A stretch of DNA of 63,919 nt, filler included, from Klebsormidium nitens (Eukaryota; Plantae; Klebsormidiophyceae): NCBI GenBank assembly GCA_000708835.1. It is 6 parts of 6 records of this genome, joined end to end, with 100 filler letters (N's around TTAATTAATTAA, not from the genome) between each part and the next. Parts side by side here need not be neighbours in the genome. Positions count along the whole stretch, not along the records: positions 26,256 to 44,965 come from DF237946.1; 5 more parts are not named here. One strand, 5' to 3'. Below, one piece after another: positions 26,257-37,708 of this stretch (positions within the stretch are counted from its first letter, which is position 1; every line of letters begins with the position of its first letter). The notes under the pieces are model-generated. The model saw only the letters and a program-made list of their open reading frames with translations. It was not told the DNA's origin and made no database searches. Position numbers and translations under genes: made by a program.

Positions 26257-27830
26257 GGACCACACCTTGTATACGGTTCTTCTTAGCGAAGAGCCGAATC
26301 CTTTATAATTATTGGCAACGTGTGGTCCATCAGGACCAGGCCTGCTTGCCAATTGCTTCTGAAGGGCAGGGATGGCCGGTCTACCTTACGAGATAGCTGG
26401 ACCACACCTTGTATACGGCTTCGCCCAACAAAGAGCCAAATCCTTTATAATTGTTGGCAACGTGTGGTCCATCAGGACCGAATTTGCTTGCCATGTGGTT
26501 CTGGAGTTCTGAATGGCCGGAATGGCCGGCTTGACTTACGATTGGATGGACCACACCTTGTACGAAGCTCGGCCAGGCAAACGGGGGGAGTTTATAAGAA
26601 TCTTTGACAACGTGTGGTCCAACGGGACCGGACCAAAACTGCTTGCCAATTGCTTCTGAATGACCGGGATGGCCGGCCAGACTTGCGAACTTTGGAACGG
26701 GCTGGACCACACCTTGCATATATTAACTTTTGCTAGCAAAACATCAAGCTTCCTAAGAATCTTTGACGCGGCGTGTGGTCCAACGAGCCCAGACCCCAAA
26801 CTGCTTGCCATATGCTTCTGGATGGTCGGCCTGACTTGCGATTGGGTGGCCCACACGTTGCTAGAAGCTCGGCCAAGCAAAAAGGGTATCTTTGACGACG
26901 TGTGCTCAAGTCCAGATGGTCGGTCTGACCTTCGAAGTCTGAAACGGGCTGGACCACACCTTGTCGAAGGCTTGGCCCAGCAAAGAGCCGGATCCTTAGT
27001 AATCATTGGCAACATGTGGTCCATGAGGGTCCACCAAAACCGCCTGCCATATGCTTCTGAATGGCCCGGATGGCAGGGTCTGACTTACAAACGGGGCTGA
27101 CTCGTGATTGGCTAGACCACACGCTGCAAATGGCATTCTCTAGCAATAGAAGAGAGTTTCATTACATTGTTGGCAAGGTGTGGTCTAGCTTTTGGCAGAT
27201 GCCGCAACGCTAGTCTGAATTTCGAGAAGGGTTGGATCACACCTTGTATAAAGTTCGGCCAAGCAAAAGAGCTGGGTTTCTAAGAACCATTGACAGGGTG
27301 CGGTCCAAGAGTTTCAAGGGCCAAACTTGCTTGCCACATGCTTCTGAATGGCCGGGATGGCCGGTCTGACTCGCGAACGAACTGAGTGGACCACACCTTG
27401 CATGAGGCTCTCCCCAACGTTTCTTAAGAATCATTGACGACGTGTGGTCCAACAAGCAATCCTGCTTCGCCACATGCTTATTTCAGATGGCCGGGATGGC
27501 CGGTTTTGACTTACAAAACAGAACAGTGGTTGGGATGGCCGGTCTGACTAACGAGCGAATCAGCCGACCACTCCTTGCACGAGGCTCTCCCTAACGTTTC
27601 TGAAGAATTACTGACCACGTGTGGTCCACCAGATAAAACCTGCTTGCCACATGCTTCTGAAGACCTAAACAGCCGGTCTGACTTACGAACCGTACCATTG
27701 GACCACACCTTGCACGAGGCTCTCCGTAGCATCTTCTAAGAACTATTGACCCCGTGTGGTCCAATCATGACAAAGTAAAACCTGTTTGCCACATGTTCTA
27801 AGTGGCCGGGATGGTTGGTCTGACTCATTG
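26257..27830. repeat. Tandem satellite, about 11 units of ~130-165 bp, each with GGACCACAC...GTGTGGTCC inverted arms
   Basis: ggaccacac(cttg)-like motif near 26257, 26399, 26547, 26704, 26849, 26951, 27115, 27233, 27389, 27567, 27700. Each is followed by a gtgtggtcc-like motif, then ctgcttgcca..tgcttctgaatggccgggatggccggtctgacttacga. The array abuts an N-gap. Confidence 0.9.
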
Positions 27831-28304
27831 CTTCTGAAAATGTGGGCTGGCATGGGGGTCCAAGTGTCACCAAGGTCTCATATATTTTGCTGAGTCACTG
27901 GTTCTGAGTTCTCTTCAAGACTTTGCTGGCCATGCTATGCATTGTCAGCCTTGCGTATAGTTGGCATGAGTGAATTGACAGCTCACTCGGTCATCTTTGA
28001 CACTTCTAGAATTGAAAGATGTTCTAGAATCCAATCATGCTCAAGGTTTGCTGACTCCGGCTGTGGCATCGGAAATTGCTCACCCCACTGAAATTACAAT
28101 GTTATTGCAAAGGTCATCCGGCAAATGAAAGGAAGCCATCACCCTGAGTGTGCCGCGGTAAGCTACAATATTCGGTCCAGATATCGTCAAAGCCGGGACC
28201 TCCACTGAACGTATAACTGCTGTAAGATCTGACACACCAGTGGCTATGGAGTGCATTGAAGAGAACGCACCTGACATTATTCTCAGCTCGCTGCCCGCTC
28301 GCTG

Positions 28305-28621
28305 TCAGATCCCGCCCCTCTGCAGCCAATGTTCTTTATGCTTGGCAGCACCAGTAGTAGTAGCTGGTAAGTCCTTGAATTGGTGGCAGCTGAGAATCAC
28401 AATTTGCAAGCTGCCCTTCATCTTTCGCAGGGCCCTTTTCTTTGGCAGGGGCCAATCCACTGTCACTGCGTCCCTCATGATACCCGGCGCGCAGCCGCCA
28501 GACGAGCTGTCCTTCACGTTTTGCAGGCCCTCTTCTTTGCTGCACGGAATTGGCCAGTCCACTAGTGTGCGTCCCTGACTCTTGTAGTCGCCAGACGAGC
28601 TGCTCTTCAAGTTTCGCAAGC
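28305..28621 (-). other. Isolated coding-like segment with a ~31-aa internal peptide repeat
   Basis: LRNLKSSSSG..TLVDWPIP / LQNVKDSSSG..VTVDWPLP / LRKMK. DNA-level direct repeat cgccagacgagctg at ~28496 and ~28587. Confidence 0.25.
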
Positions 28622-31600
28622 CTGGCAAATGCAGTGTGCCAGAGCAAACCTTCCTGGCAGGCTCAGTTCAGTGGCTCCGAGGCCCATAGCTTATGAGATG
28701 CACGGGCAAACCGGGCACTTTCTGCACCTTTCGGCCGAATCACAGATCGACGGCGCCCGGAGAAACCCTGGCCATCGGACGGCGATGAGAGTTGGGTGGG
28801 ATTTGAGACTCGCGCCGCCCCCCAACGGTGCCGTATGTGCGCGGCGCCCGCCCCCGCGGCGCGCGCTGAGTTTGGGAAACACGGGGAAACAAGAGCACGA
28901 CGTTCCGTGGGTACGCAGCACCCCGGTTGCTTTCCCAGCCACGAACCACCAAGGTATCAACCCCGAGAGATGCAAAGATGGGCCTGATCACGAGCACACC
29001 AGTGATCTCTCACACCTGCCAACCTGCATGCCCTGACTGCTCCTGGCGTGCGCATTACATTCTGGCAAAAGCGTGTACTTTTCCCTTTGGACAGTAGTTT
29101 ATTCTGGGGACGTCAGCATATGAGCATACGAATCCTATCATGATCTGACGTTCAACGTTATATATTGAATGTTCGTATGTCAGTCACTGACGTCCCTCTG
29201 GACACCGCAGGTGGGTTGAACCCGGTGGGCAACGGCGCTCGGTGGCAAAACGAATCATATCGGAAACACATCTCTGAAGTTGGGTTCAGTCAAGCCGCCC
29301 CACTGGCCCTAAAGCCCACTTTGAGGGCGACGCAAAGTCATATCAAATAGCTCACAGCTTCTGAGATCAGATCGATCTGAAGCGTTGATACTACTCTGAG
29401 AAGAAAGTATCCTTTTGGGGGTCTCGTCTATCGTTTTCAAGATGGCCCGGGGATGGCCCCTGGTTTCTAGGGGCGCGCCTGAGGCCCGGGCCCCAGACTT
29501 GCAAACTTGATATTATGGGATCAATTTGCAGGGCGATTCAGGGTCTATAAATCCAGTTTCCGCCTTAGCTTTGGGTCGAGGCAACAGCGCCACTTTCGTG
29601 CCGGCTTGCGTGACGCTTAAAGGCTATACGTCTGAGCGACCGGCACGCTATTTAAGTACTCCAGTCTGCAGTTGCGTCTCTAGCTTCCGTTCCTCCTGCT
29701 CGCGAAAGGCAGTAAGACATATCCGCAGCAGAAGGCATCACGCTTTTTTCTTTTCAACCTTCCGACAATCAGCTCCCGTTTTGGAACCTCTCATACCCTC
29801 TCCACCAGTTCCGGGCCGCCCGGCGCGTGTCGCTTCGGAGTGGCCATGGCAAGGAACGGACGCCGTCTCTGCGACCTGCGCTAGGGCTGTTTTGGAGTAC
29901 ATTTCGCCAAACTGCTGGATGCACCTCAGCAGCTACGGCGCTAATCTGCTTCTTTCCGTTCCTTCCGATCGGATGCAGAAAGTGGAAGCGCCCGACAGCA
30001 TACATAATTCTGACAAAGCGGGCATGCAGCAGGGATCGGACCCCTTGCACTAGAATCTTGCACAGCGTACGGGATGTCAGCGAGGCGCAACTTCGGCGAA
30101 TCTGTGACTGAGGCGCCAGCCAAGAGGTCGCCGGACGTGCGTCCACTGCCCATCCCAAGAGCTCACCTGTGGAATTGAGGAGGCCAAGCTCCACCCCGTG
30201 CACGTAACAAGGGGCGTCCAGGACGGAAGATGAAACGGATTCCTCGCGCCCTCAACAAAACCTTTGACCGCAGCTCCAGCTGTTCGGCCAGCCATACATC
30301 TGGGCAGACGTTCACCACAACTGGCCACGTCACGAACCGGGCAACTCGGCAGCAGCAAAGCTCCTAAGCTCAAGTGACCTAAAAGCTATCTCTTGCCCGG
30401 TGAAGAGCGTCTCGGCGAGATTTGAGTGCGATAGCCTGCTCGAGAACTTGCCAAGACATTGGACCTGTGCGTTCACAAGCCCACAACCAGCTTAGTTCGT
30501 TGGCAGGCTGGTCTTTAGAAGAATCTTGAACGGCGAATCTGTTTGGATCTGACATCAACCTTTAAGTTGTATCTGTATTCTAATAGCTTCCCCGCCCTTC
30601 TCAGGCCGATTGCTAGCCTAGATGGATGCAGGCATACGGATCTTGTCGGGTGCAACTGGAAGTGGCAAACGAGTTGGTGGGAAATGGAAACGAGTTAGCC
30701 AGTGTCTCGTTGAGTTACATTCAGTGAATGAACAGGCACGTTCTACCGATGGGTTCAAACCCCTATACAGCTGGTATATGACAATCGCACACAAATCGCT
30801 AGGCTTGTCTTGGTGGTCTTTTAAACAGTCCGGCGAGAGTCTTTTTTTTGCTTGCAATTGATTCCATCTCTTCAAACTACCCGTTAGTACGTATCACGGC
30901 TCACACACATCTCTACTCAAGCCACAGACGAGGAAACCTATCTACCATGATCGTGACGTAAGCCTGACGACTTAAGCGCTTGACTTCTGTTGGTAATGTC
31001 AATTTTCACTATCAATTCTTAAACAATCTTTGTGGCCCTAAGTCTGGTCTGCAACGCCCTGACATTTTGTACGTCGTGGCATCAGGATGGCCAACTTTGC
31101 TTCGATTCTGTGATGTGATCTAGCCAGTCAGATGCCAATCAGCGGACCTGCTGCGCAGAAGAAATGCTTTGATTCAAGTCAAGCGAGGGCAAGCGAGAAG
31201 TATGCTTTGGGCGCTCAACAGCTCGAACGCACGTGATGGAATTGTACCTGCAAAAGTTCTATGCAGCCGAGAATTACTTACCATCAGCAGGCTGAGAAAG
31301 CTTGGCATGCATTTTTTTAATTTTCGTAGACGGTCACGACATTCCAAAGAGAATGAGATGAGCTTCAAGAGTCAACTGCAAAGTGGAACTAAAGTGTGGC
31401 TCACTTGTTGGGCTAGGGCTCTCTTGTTGGGCAGCTAGGCCTCGACTAGCCGAATACTTGAAGGTTGTTCACTGCACAAAACCGGAAGTGAAGTGATTGT
31501 AAGCACGAGCGGACGGCGTTGATTGCAAAGCACAAAACCCCATGAGTGCTTGAGACATTGAAAGCCATCTACACCATCTTTCAGTGCAGGAACTCGCCTT

Positions 31601-32088
31601 CGAACCACAGGTTCATTGCTGCGAACCACGTACATTTTACCAACAATCATGTAAGGCAGGCAGACTAAAACAGTGCCACGACTTGCCACTCAATGGCCAC
31701 CAAAACAAACCGGTGACTTTTAATTTTGTGCTGACTCGTCTTAAAAATCTAGATTTCCCGTCCAGCTGCCGGTATACAGGAGATGCTCTTGACGAGCATG
31801 GTTTGGAGGGGAAATCAACGCTCGTTCGCACAACCTTAGCAGAGCAAGACATTAATTAAGTTTGGTTGTTGTGCTGTTGGATTCAAAACATTAAGCGAGG
31901 TCGCCGTTAATACGTTAAGAAGAAAAAAGCTTTGCATACGGCATGATATAAGGCGCATCACAGGGTTGCAACCAACAAGTTAGGTTAATTTCACCATCCG
32001 AGCATGACCGTACTTAGTCCCGCGTTCAATGACGATGCATTTGCATGGCTTCGAGCCTTGTCCCACATGGGTGCCCACGTGCGCTCAC

Positions 32089-35000
32089 CAAAACAGCCGG
32101 ACGGATCAGAGGATAGTGGTCCAGAAACGATCAATTGGTTACCCATGTAGCTACAGATCCTTTGCAGCCCCCCGGGCTGGTTGTAGAAGCAGCGAAAGCT
32201 GTTGAAGTACTGGTGGTCCAGTGTTACGTCGGCGGCGCGAGCACATGGAATTAATGCTTGGAAGGATGGATTGGCGGGGCATGAGTTGGGGAAAAGCGTC
32301 CTTCCTGCAATAAAAAGACACGGAAAAACTATTTTGGACACAGGCCGCTTAGCCAACACTCAGATCCTTGAGGGGCATTAGGGCATGATGTGCGTGGAAT
32401 TTTAGGGCCGGGGCCTGCATAAGCGGCATGCAATGCTCTTTCGCTTTCCTCTCCTATGAAAATTTGTGGCCTCTTCATCGCAGGTGCGTGACCTGGCGCA
32501 AAAGGGAGAATTCCACATCCCTTCGAGATTGTCTCCTTCAGCTACTGTGCTGGGCCCGCCGGGTTGGAATACAGGGTCCCCGGCTGTAGCTACTAATAAG
32601 TCAAAATCCAGTCTTCGAGCTCACTCTTACACTGCTGGTCCCACTGTTGAAGAAATGAGCATCAAGACATAAAAAGTCCAAAAACGTCATCTGGGCAGGA
32701 GAATAGGCTCGCTGTGCACGTGTTCCCGGCGGCTAATTCGCGGGAGTCAGCACAGTAAAGCAACGAACTCAGAAGCACACGGTCCGGAGTGTAGGTACAG
32801 GTCCCGATCACTCCACGCGGATTGACAATCGCGCCGTTGGTGGCAGCGTACTCGCAGACCAGTTGCGTTAACAGGTTCCTATCCAGATCCGTGACAGGAC
32901 AAAGGAACGTGGATTCACCTGCATACCCGGATGAAAATAAGATTGAAACGGCAGTTGCTGCGTGTGCGCTCTTCGGGACTCCAACCACACGTCTGGAGAC
33001 GAGGCCGGAAGTTTGAAGTATCGTTCGTTGATGTCCTGGCATATCATAGCGAGCCTCGAGCGTTCTAGCTCTTGAGAATATCAACTATTCGGCCCGGTTT
33101 TTCGGAAACAAAGTGAAAAAGACGCCGGTGGCTCACCGGCCTCCAGACCGCAGCAGCGGTGCATTTGCGACTCCACTTTTGACTAATGAAGCGGGGCTCC
33201 GAGCACTTGGGTTGCGGTTGCGGTCTCGAATACCGTTTGATCGTCCAATTCCGATTTTGCGGCCGCAATCGTAAAACAGCTTTCCGTGAAGCTGACCATG
33301 CATTTGAAGAGCGACTCACCCGTTAGTGGCCGCCTCGCCGTCGGCGGAAAGGTCAACAGCTGCGTTGGAGCAGGCGTCAGCGCAGCAGTCGGAGCAGGCA
33401 TCGGGGGCCCGCTAATTCTGACTGCGCAAGGGTACGAAAGTGCATTTGTGAGGCACGTAAATCCGGCCGTTGATCATGAACGTTGATTTGTTCAAGAATT
33501 TCGGGTTCAGGCTTTTCGTTCATTACACCGCCACTATAAATGATAATAGCCCGGTTTAAGATCGTTGTGAGGCCACTTCGATCTTAACCCTATTGAGGTT
33601 TTTAGTCTATTTTGGTCTTGAACGTTGTGTCAGACCATTTTGATTTTAAAAGCTGAATTCTGAGAGGAAAACAACCTCAGCAAACGATCTTAAATCGGGT
33701 GTTGATTCATAGTGCGCGGCATGATCAAGTAGCACGTTTTCTAGGAAAGACCAGAACGGAAGAGGAGGATCGGAGGATGACATCCAGGGTCCCATATGGT
33801 CGAGAATCAAACAGGGTTTGACCCGTTATATGGTATCCAATTGGCCTGGCACTCCGGCTGGCCCTCAAATGTTAACATCTGCACCTATTTAACATGAACC
33901 ATACATAGCGTTTTCGACTTGGGATACTATTTATGGTATTTACTAGCATGAACCTGTACGGAATTCATTTAACCAGATTTTCTCCTTCTATAAGCTGAAC
34001 ACGGATCTGAAATCTAGACTCTTTCGAGAAGCAAGGCTCACTTGGGCAGTGGGAGAAGTGTCCCCCCGTGAAAGCACCAGTTGCGTCGTAAGTGCACAGG
34101 GGAGATTCTGCGCTTGATCCGGCAATGGCGTATATACAGCCAGTGTCCTGATGGAAAGCGCTCGCGTTCGCGAAGTTCCGCTGTACCGACGAGGGGCAAG
34201 AATTGGGGAGGGTGCTTCCTGTTCCAGATAACATCGTCATACTTTAGCTCCAGCAAAGTACTCGCAAGACGACTAGCTAGTAAAATTAACCCTAGAAGAA
34301 TACGAGAGGTTTTTGCAAAGCAGGATCGGGGACCAACGTTTGTCGAGAAGTCTATTGTACCTTGTTCAATCCAGGTGGACCAAGCTTAATAAAGGTCCGG
34401 CAGCAATGACTTCGGGGTACTTCCGATACATCTTATCCACTACCTATGCCAATTCACCCATTTTTTGGAACTCGGAAACGTCTTGCACTCATGCAAAGTT
34501 TATTTGAAGGCCGAGGGCCCTGCTTTCTCCTTTCATAGGACATCTAGGTAAAGTTGGAGTGTTGCCGGTCCGGCCACCTTCACTATCCGGTCCGAAATGT
34601 GGTTCGTCCGATTCTCTACAAAATCTGAATTTCGCCCTTTTTCACCTGGGCAGGAGACGGGGGGTGTTGGTGGAGTCTCTCCAGGGACAGTGACGAGAGC
34701 ACCGTATGGGTAGTACGTGCAGACCGTTAGTGACATGGCGCGGGCCCCGCCGATCGTCACGTTGTAGGAACAGTAGAAGGTGGTCAGCGGGTTCGAGGAC
34801 CGGTCGATAGAGGGGCACATGGATGCGATCATACCTGCACGTTAAGATGTTGCCCCGCGGGATAAAAGATTCTGCAATAGCTTCCGTGGGCGTTTGCGAT
34901 GAGTTTGCCGTGTGAAATCCAAACCGGAGCTTCGAAATCGTTTCTGACGCAGCCGCGCAATACAACGAGCCTTGAACGTCCTCTTGAATAAACTTCGTTT

Positions 35001-37708
35001 CGACCCGGGCTCACGAAGAAGCTTGAATTAAGTGAATCCACATGAGTGACTCCTCGGCCTCCGGACCGCAGGTGCGCGCTGCATCTTAGGCGACTCTGCC
35101 CTCTCAGTTAAGCGGGACTTCCGAACAAGGTCTGCGGTCACACCGAACCCAACAGTCGTCCAATCTTCCAACCTAGAAGAGCTAGAAAGGGAGCTGCCAG
35201 ATCCGCCAGCGTACACGGCGAATCTGATAGCCATTAATACAAAGTGCGACTCACTCGTCAGTGGCTGTGGCGTCGGAGTAGACGTCGCAGGCACGCGGAT
35301 GCTCACTGCGCACAGGTCGAAGGCGCACTCGTGAGGGACAAACTATAAACGTTTCGTTGATCCTCCGAATGTTTACATTTTCAGCTCCAATGCTCTTGTC
35401 GGATAATTTCAAAATTACCTTTGATTTTTGGAAGAGACAAGATCGACCTCAGAAGAAAAAGGGAGCATTCAAGGTCTACGGCAATCCAATTGTTGAGCCG
35501 GCTTACCTGTGGAGTATCAAAGTTGGCCACTCGGATGGCCTTCAACTCTTTCTCGTTGCCAGTTGACGACCAATTTGATCTTCTAGAACGACTCTACCAC
35601 GCCGCTTAACAGTATCATCTGAATTTGTGAGGAAGCCTCATTATCATCTGGATTTGTAAGGAAGCCTCATGATCACATTCGTCAAGTTCCCAATTATATT
35701 AAGATGCATTTGAAATCGAGGCCAGTGTTTTGCATTGCAAGTGCAGCGCTCACTCGGGCAGTCCGGGAAGTATGTCCCGAGTGTCGCGCCAGTCGCATTG
35801 TAAGCGCAACTGAAAGAAGCCCCGCTTGGTGCGGCTAAGGCGTACACGCAACGAGACTGCTGGTAGAAAGCGCTCACGGTTGCAAAGTTCGGCTGAACCG
35901 ACGCGGGGCAAGAGTTGGGGTCGGTGTTCCCTGTGAAAGGAGAATTCATCAGCATACATTAGCTTTAACATATAATCGTAACAAGATTGGTAGGACCCCT
36001 AGAAGATTTCCAGAGGAATAGGCTCGTAAGGCAAAGTTTGAGACCACCGTTTCTCGGAGATCACGTCCCTTGAGCAGATCCCCTCTCGGCTCTCGAAACA
36101 TCAACAAATCAACACGAGATCATTTAGCCGAATGACCGAAAGAAGTTTGTGCCGGAAATCGTCCTACAAACAAGCAAGATAAGCGTTGAGTACTTCATAA
36201 TGTCCCACAAGACGAACTGAAAGCTGCGAACTACCATTTCTGTAATGGTCTTATGGGTCCAGATTTCATGAGAGGCGCCTGCAAAGACATGGGAAAGCTT
36301 CTATGTCCGATTTTTTCAGTGAAACACGTCAACCTTAATCTCTTTACAAACACGTTTCACAATTTAGGTGGACTAAAGGGCTCCAGCAATGGCTTCAAAG
36401 TACTCTCAGGCTAGATTCAATCATTCACAACCTCTGCTAAGTCACCCGCTTTCCCACGCAGTGACGTTCCGCACTCATTGCTCATTCAAAGGCCCGAGGG
36501 CCCTCATTTGTCCTATTTCAAAAGACGCCTAGCTAAGAGTTGGATATCAGCTGGTCCGGCCATCTTCTCAATACGGTTCCAACCTTGATTGACTGAGTCC
36601 AATTATATGCAAGATTGGGACGGGGCCTCTCTGACCTGGGCAGGAGACCGTGGGTATCGGTGGAGTCGCTCCAGGGGCAGTGGCCGTGGGAAACAGGACG
36701 GGAGTACCGTTTGGATTGTACGTGCAGACCGTTAGTGACGTGGCGGGGACACCGCCGATAGTCACATTGTAGGAACAGTACACGCGGGTCAGCGGGTTCG
36801 AGACCATGGCCAGATCAGTAGGCGCGCAGACGGACGCAACCATACCTGCACACGGCCAGCAGCGAACCTGAGATCAGACATTTCGGATACGTGAAGTGAA
36901 ACTTCACCGAAGTTCTCAAATCACTCCAAATTGGTAGTTCATGATTATGGCTTAAAGTTCGCGTCCAGATGTCAAGTCCGCAAGATTTTCGCGCACCCAC
37001 TTAGAGTCTGCGTTGGTGACGCAGTTTGCATCAGCTTCCGATGGGCCACTGCGGTAGTTTTGCCAGGGAACCGGATTTCCGTCACCAAAGCGACGGAAGC
37101 GGAGTCCGTCCCCAAAGCGGTTGCAGAAACCTGAATGCGGAAGTGCAAACGTGTCAGTGCTTCGTGAGTGCCATGGTTCCCGTGAGGAGCGCGGCAACGA
37201 GCACCAGAAACAAACGACTCTGATGTGAAAGGGCAGAAAGGCCGCTGCTGCTCACGTTCTGACAACTCCCAGCCGTGGTAGCCCTCTTCAAAGTAGTTTT
37301 CGAAGTGAACGTCCCTACTCAAAGGAGCACCGGGGGCTTCGGAAGATCCTTTGAAGAGGAGCTGCGGGAAACAGATCTTCTGGGAGGCCAATCTAGGTTC
37401 GAATACTCTGCCCAACACGTCCAACCCTGTCGTGCTTAAAATTCTGAAGACAGATTGGTAATTACTTTTTCAGTCTGCACGCGCAGGACATTGGGCGAAA
37501 CTTGTTTCTATTTTTAGAGAGGAAACCTTTCAGAGAGCAAGCCACATGCGGAAGAGAAAGCTGGGAACAAGGAACAAGCGTCAAAAGTAGGTCTCCGTTT
37601 CCAGAGCAAACCTGCGTATCAGCACCACCACTTTTTACTTACCTTTGCATTCTGCAGAACGAGGCAGAGTAGGCCGAAGAGGCCAAGAAGGGACAACTTC
37701 GCCGCCAT
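32089..37708 (-). CDS. Secreted modular protein: signal peptide, RKLMQ pro-region, then three (Cys-module pair + Pro/Thr linker) blocks; 10 exons recognised, terminal exon unresolved
   Basis: Exons: 37708-37643 (MAAKLSLLGLFGLLCLVLQNAK|gtaagt), 37130-37001 (...HRKLMQTASPTQTL), 36845-36636, 35930-35754, 35305-35255, 34834-34646, 34218-34042, 33421-33320, 32918-32691 (donor reads AT), 32304-32089. Internal exons are multiples of 3 in phase 1-1. Module pattern: CP..x..CxY..x..CxY...G...CP. Confidence 0.75.
33550..33699. mobile_element. 150-bp MITE-like element in an intron
   Basis: cccggtttaagatcgtt (33550) and aacgatcttaaatcggg (to 33699) are inverted repeats with 1 mismatch, extending imperfectly inward (tgagg/cctca). 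No target-site duplication seen. Confidence 0.55.

Noticed and set aside
26320-27732. Multiple ORFs with repeated DHTL / KVWS peptides
   Set aside because: By-products of the tandem repeat; frames shift between units.
26257-27830. CRISPR array or tandem hammerhead ribozyme interpretation of the satellite
   Set aside because: The 'spacers' are homologous to each other, there are no cas genes, the host is eukaryotic, and a CUGANGA/GAAA core is not conserved across units.
35399-35415. 17-bp identity tcggataatttcaaaat shared with 46036-46052
   Set aside because: The match does not extend on either side; at most a tiny dispersed-repeat remnant.
37150-37215. Signal-peptide-like stretch RLFLVLVAALLTGTMA
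   Set aside because: No in-frame ATG or donor. It lies in intron 1 of the modular gene, whose better-supported signal exon is 37708-37643.
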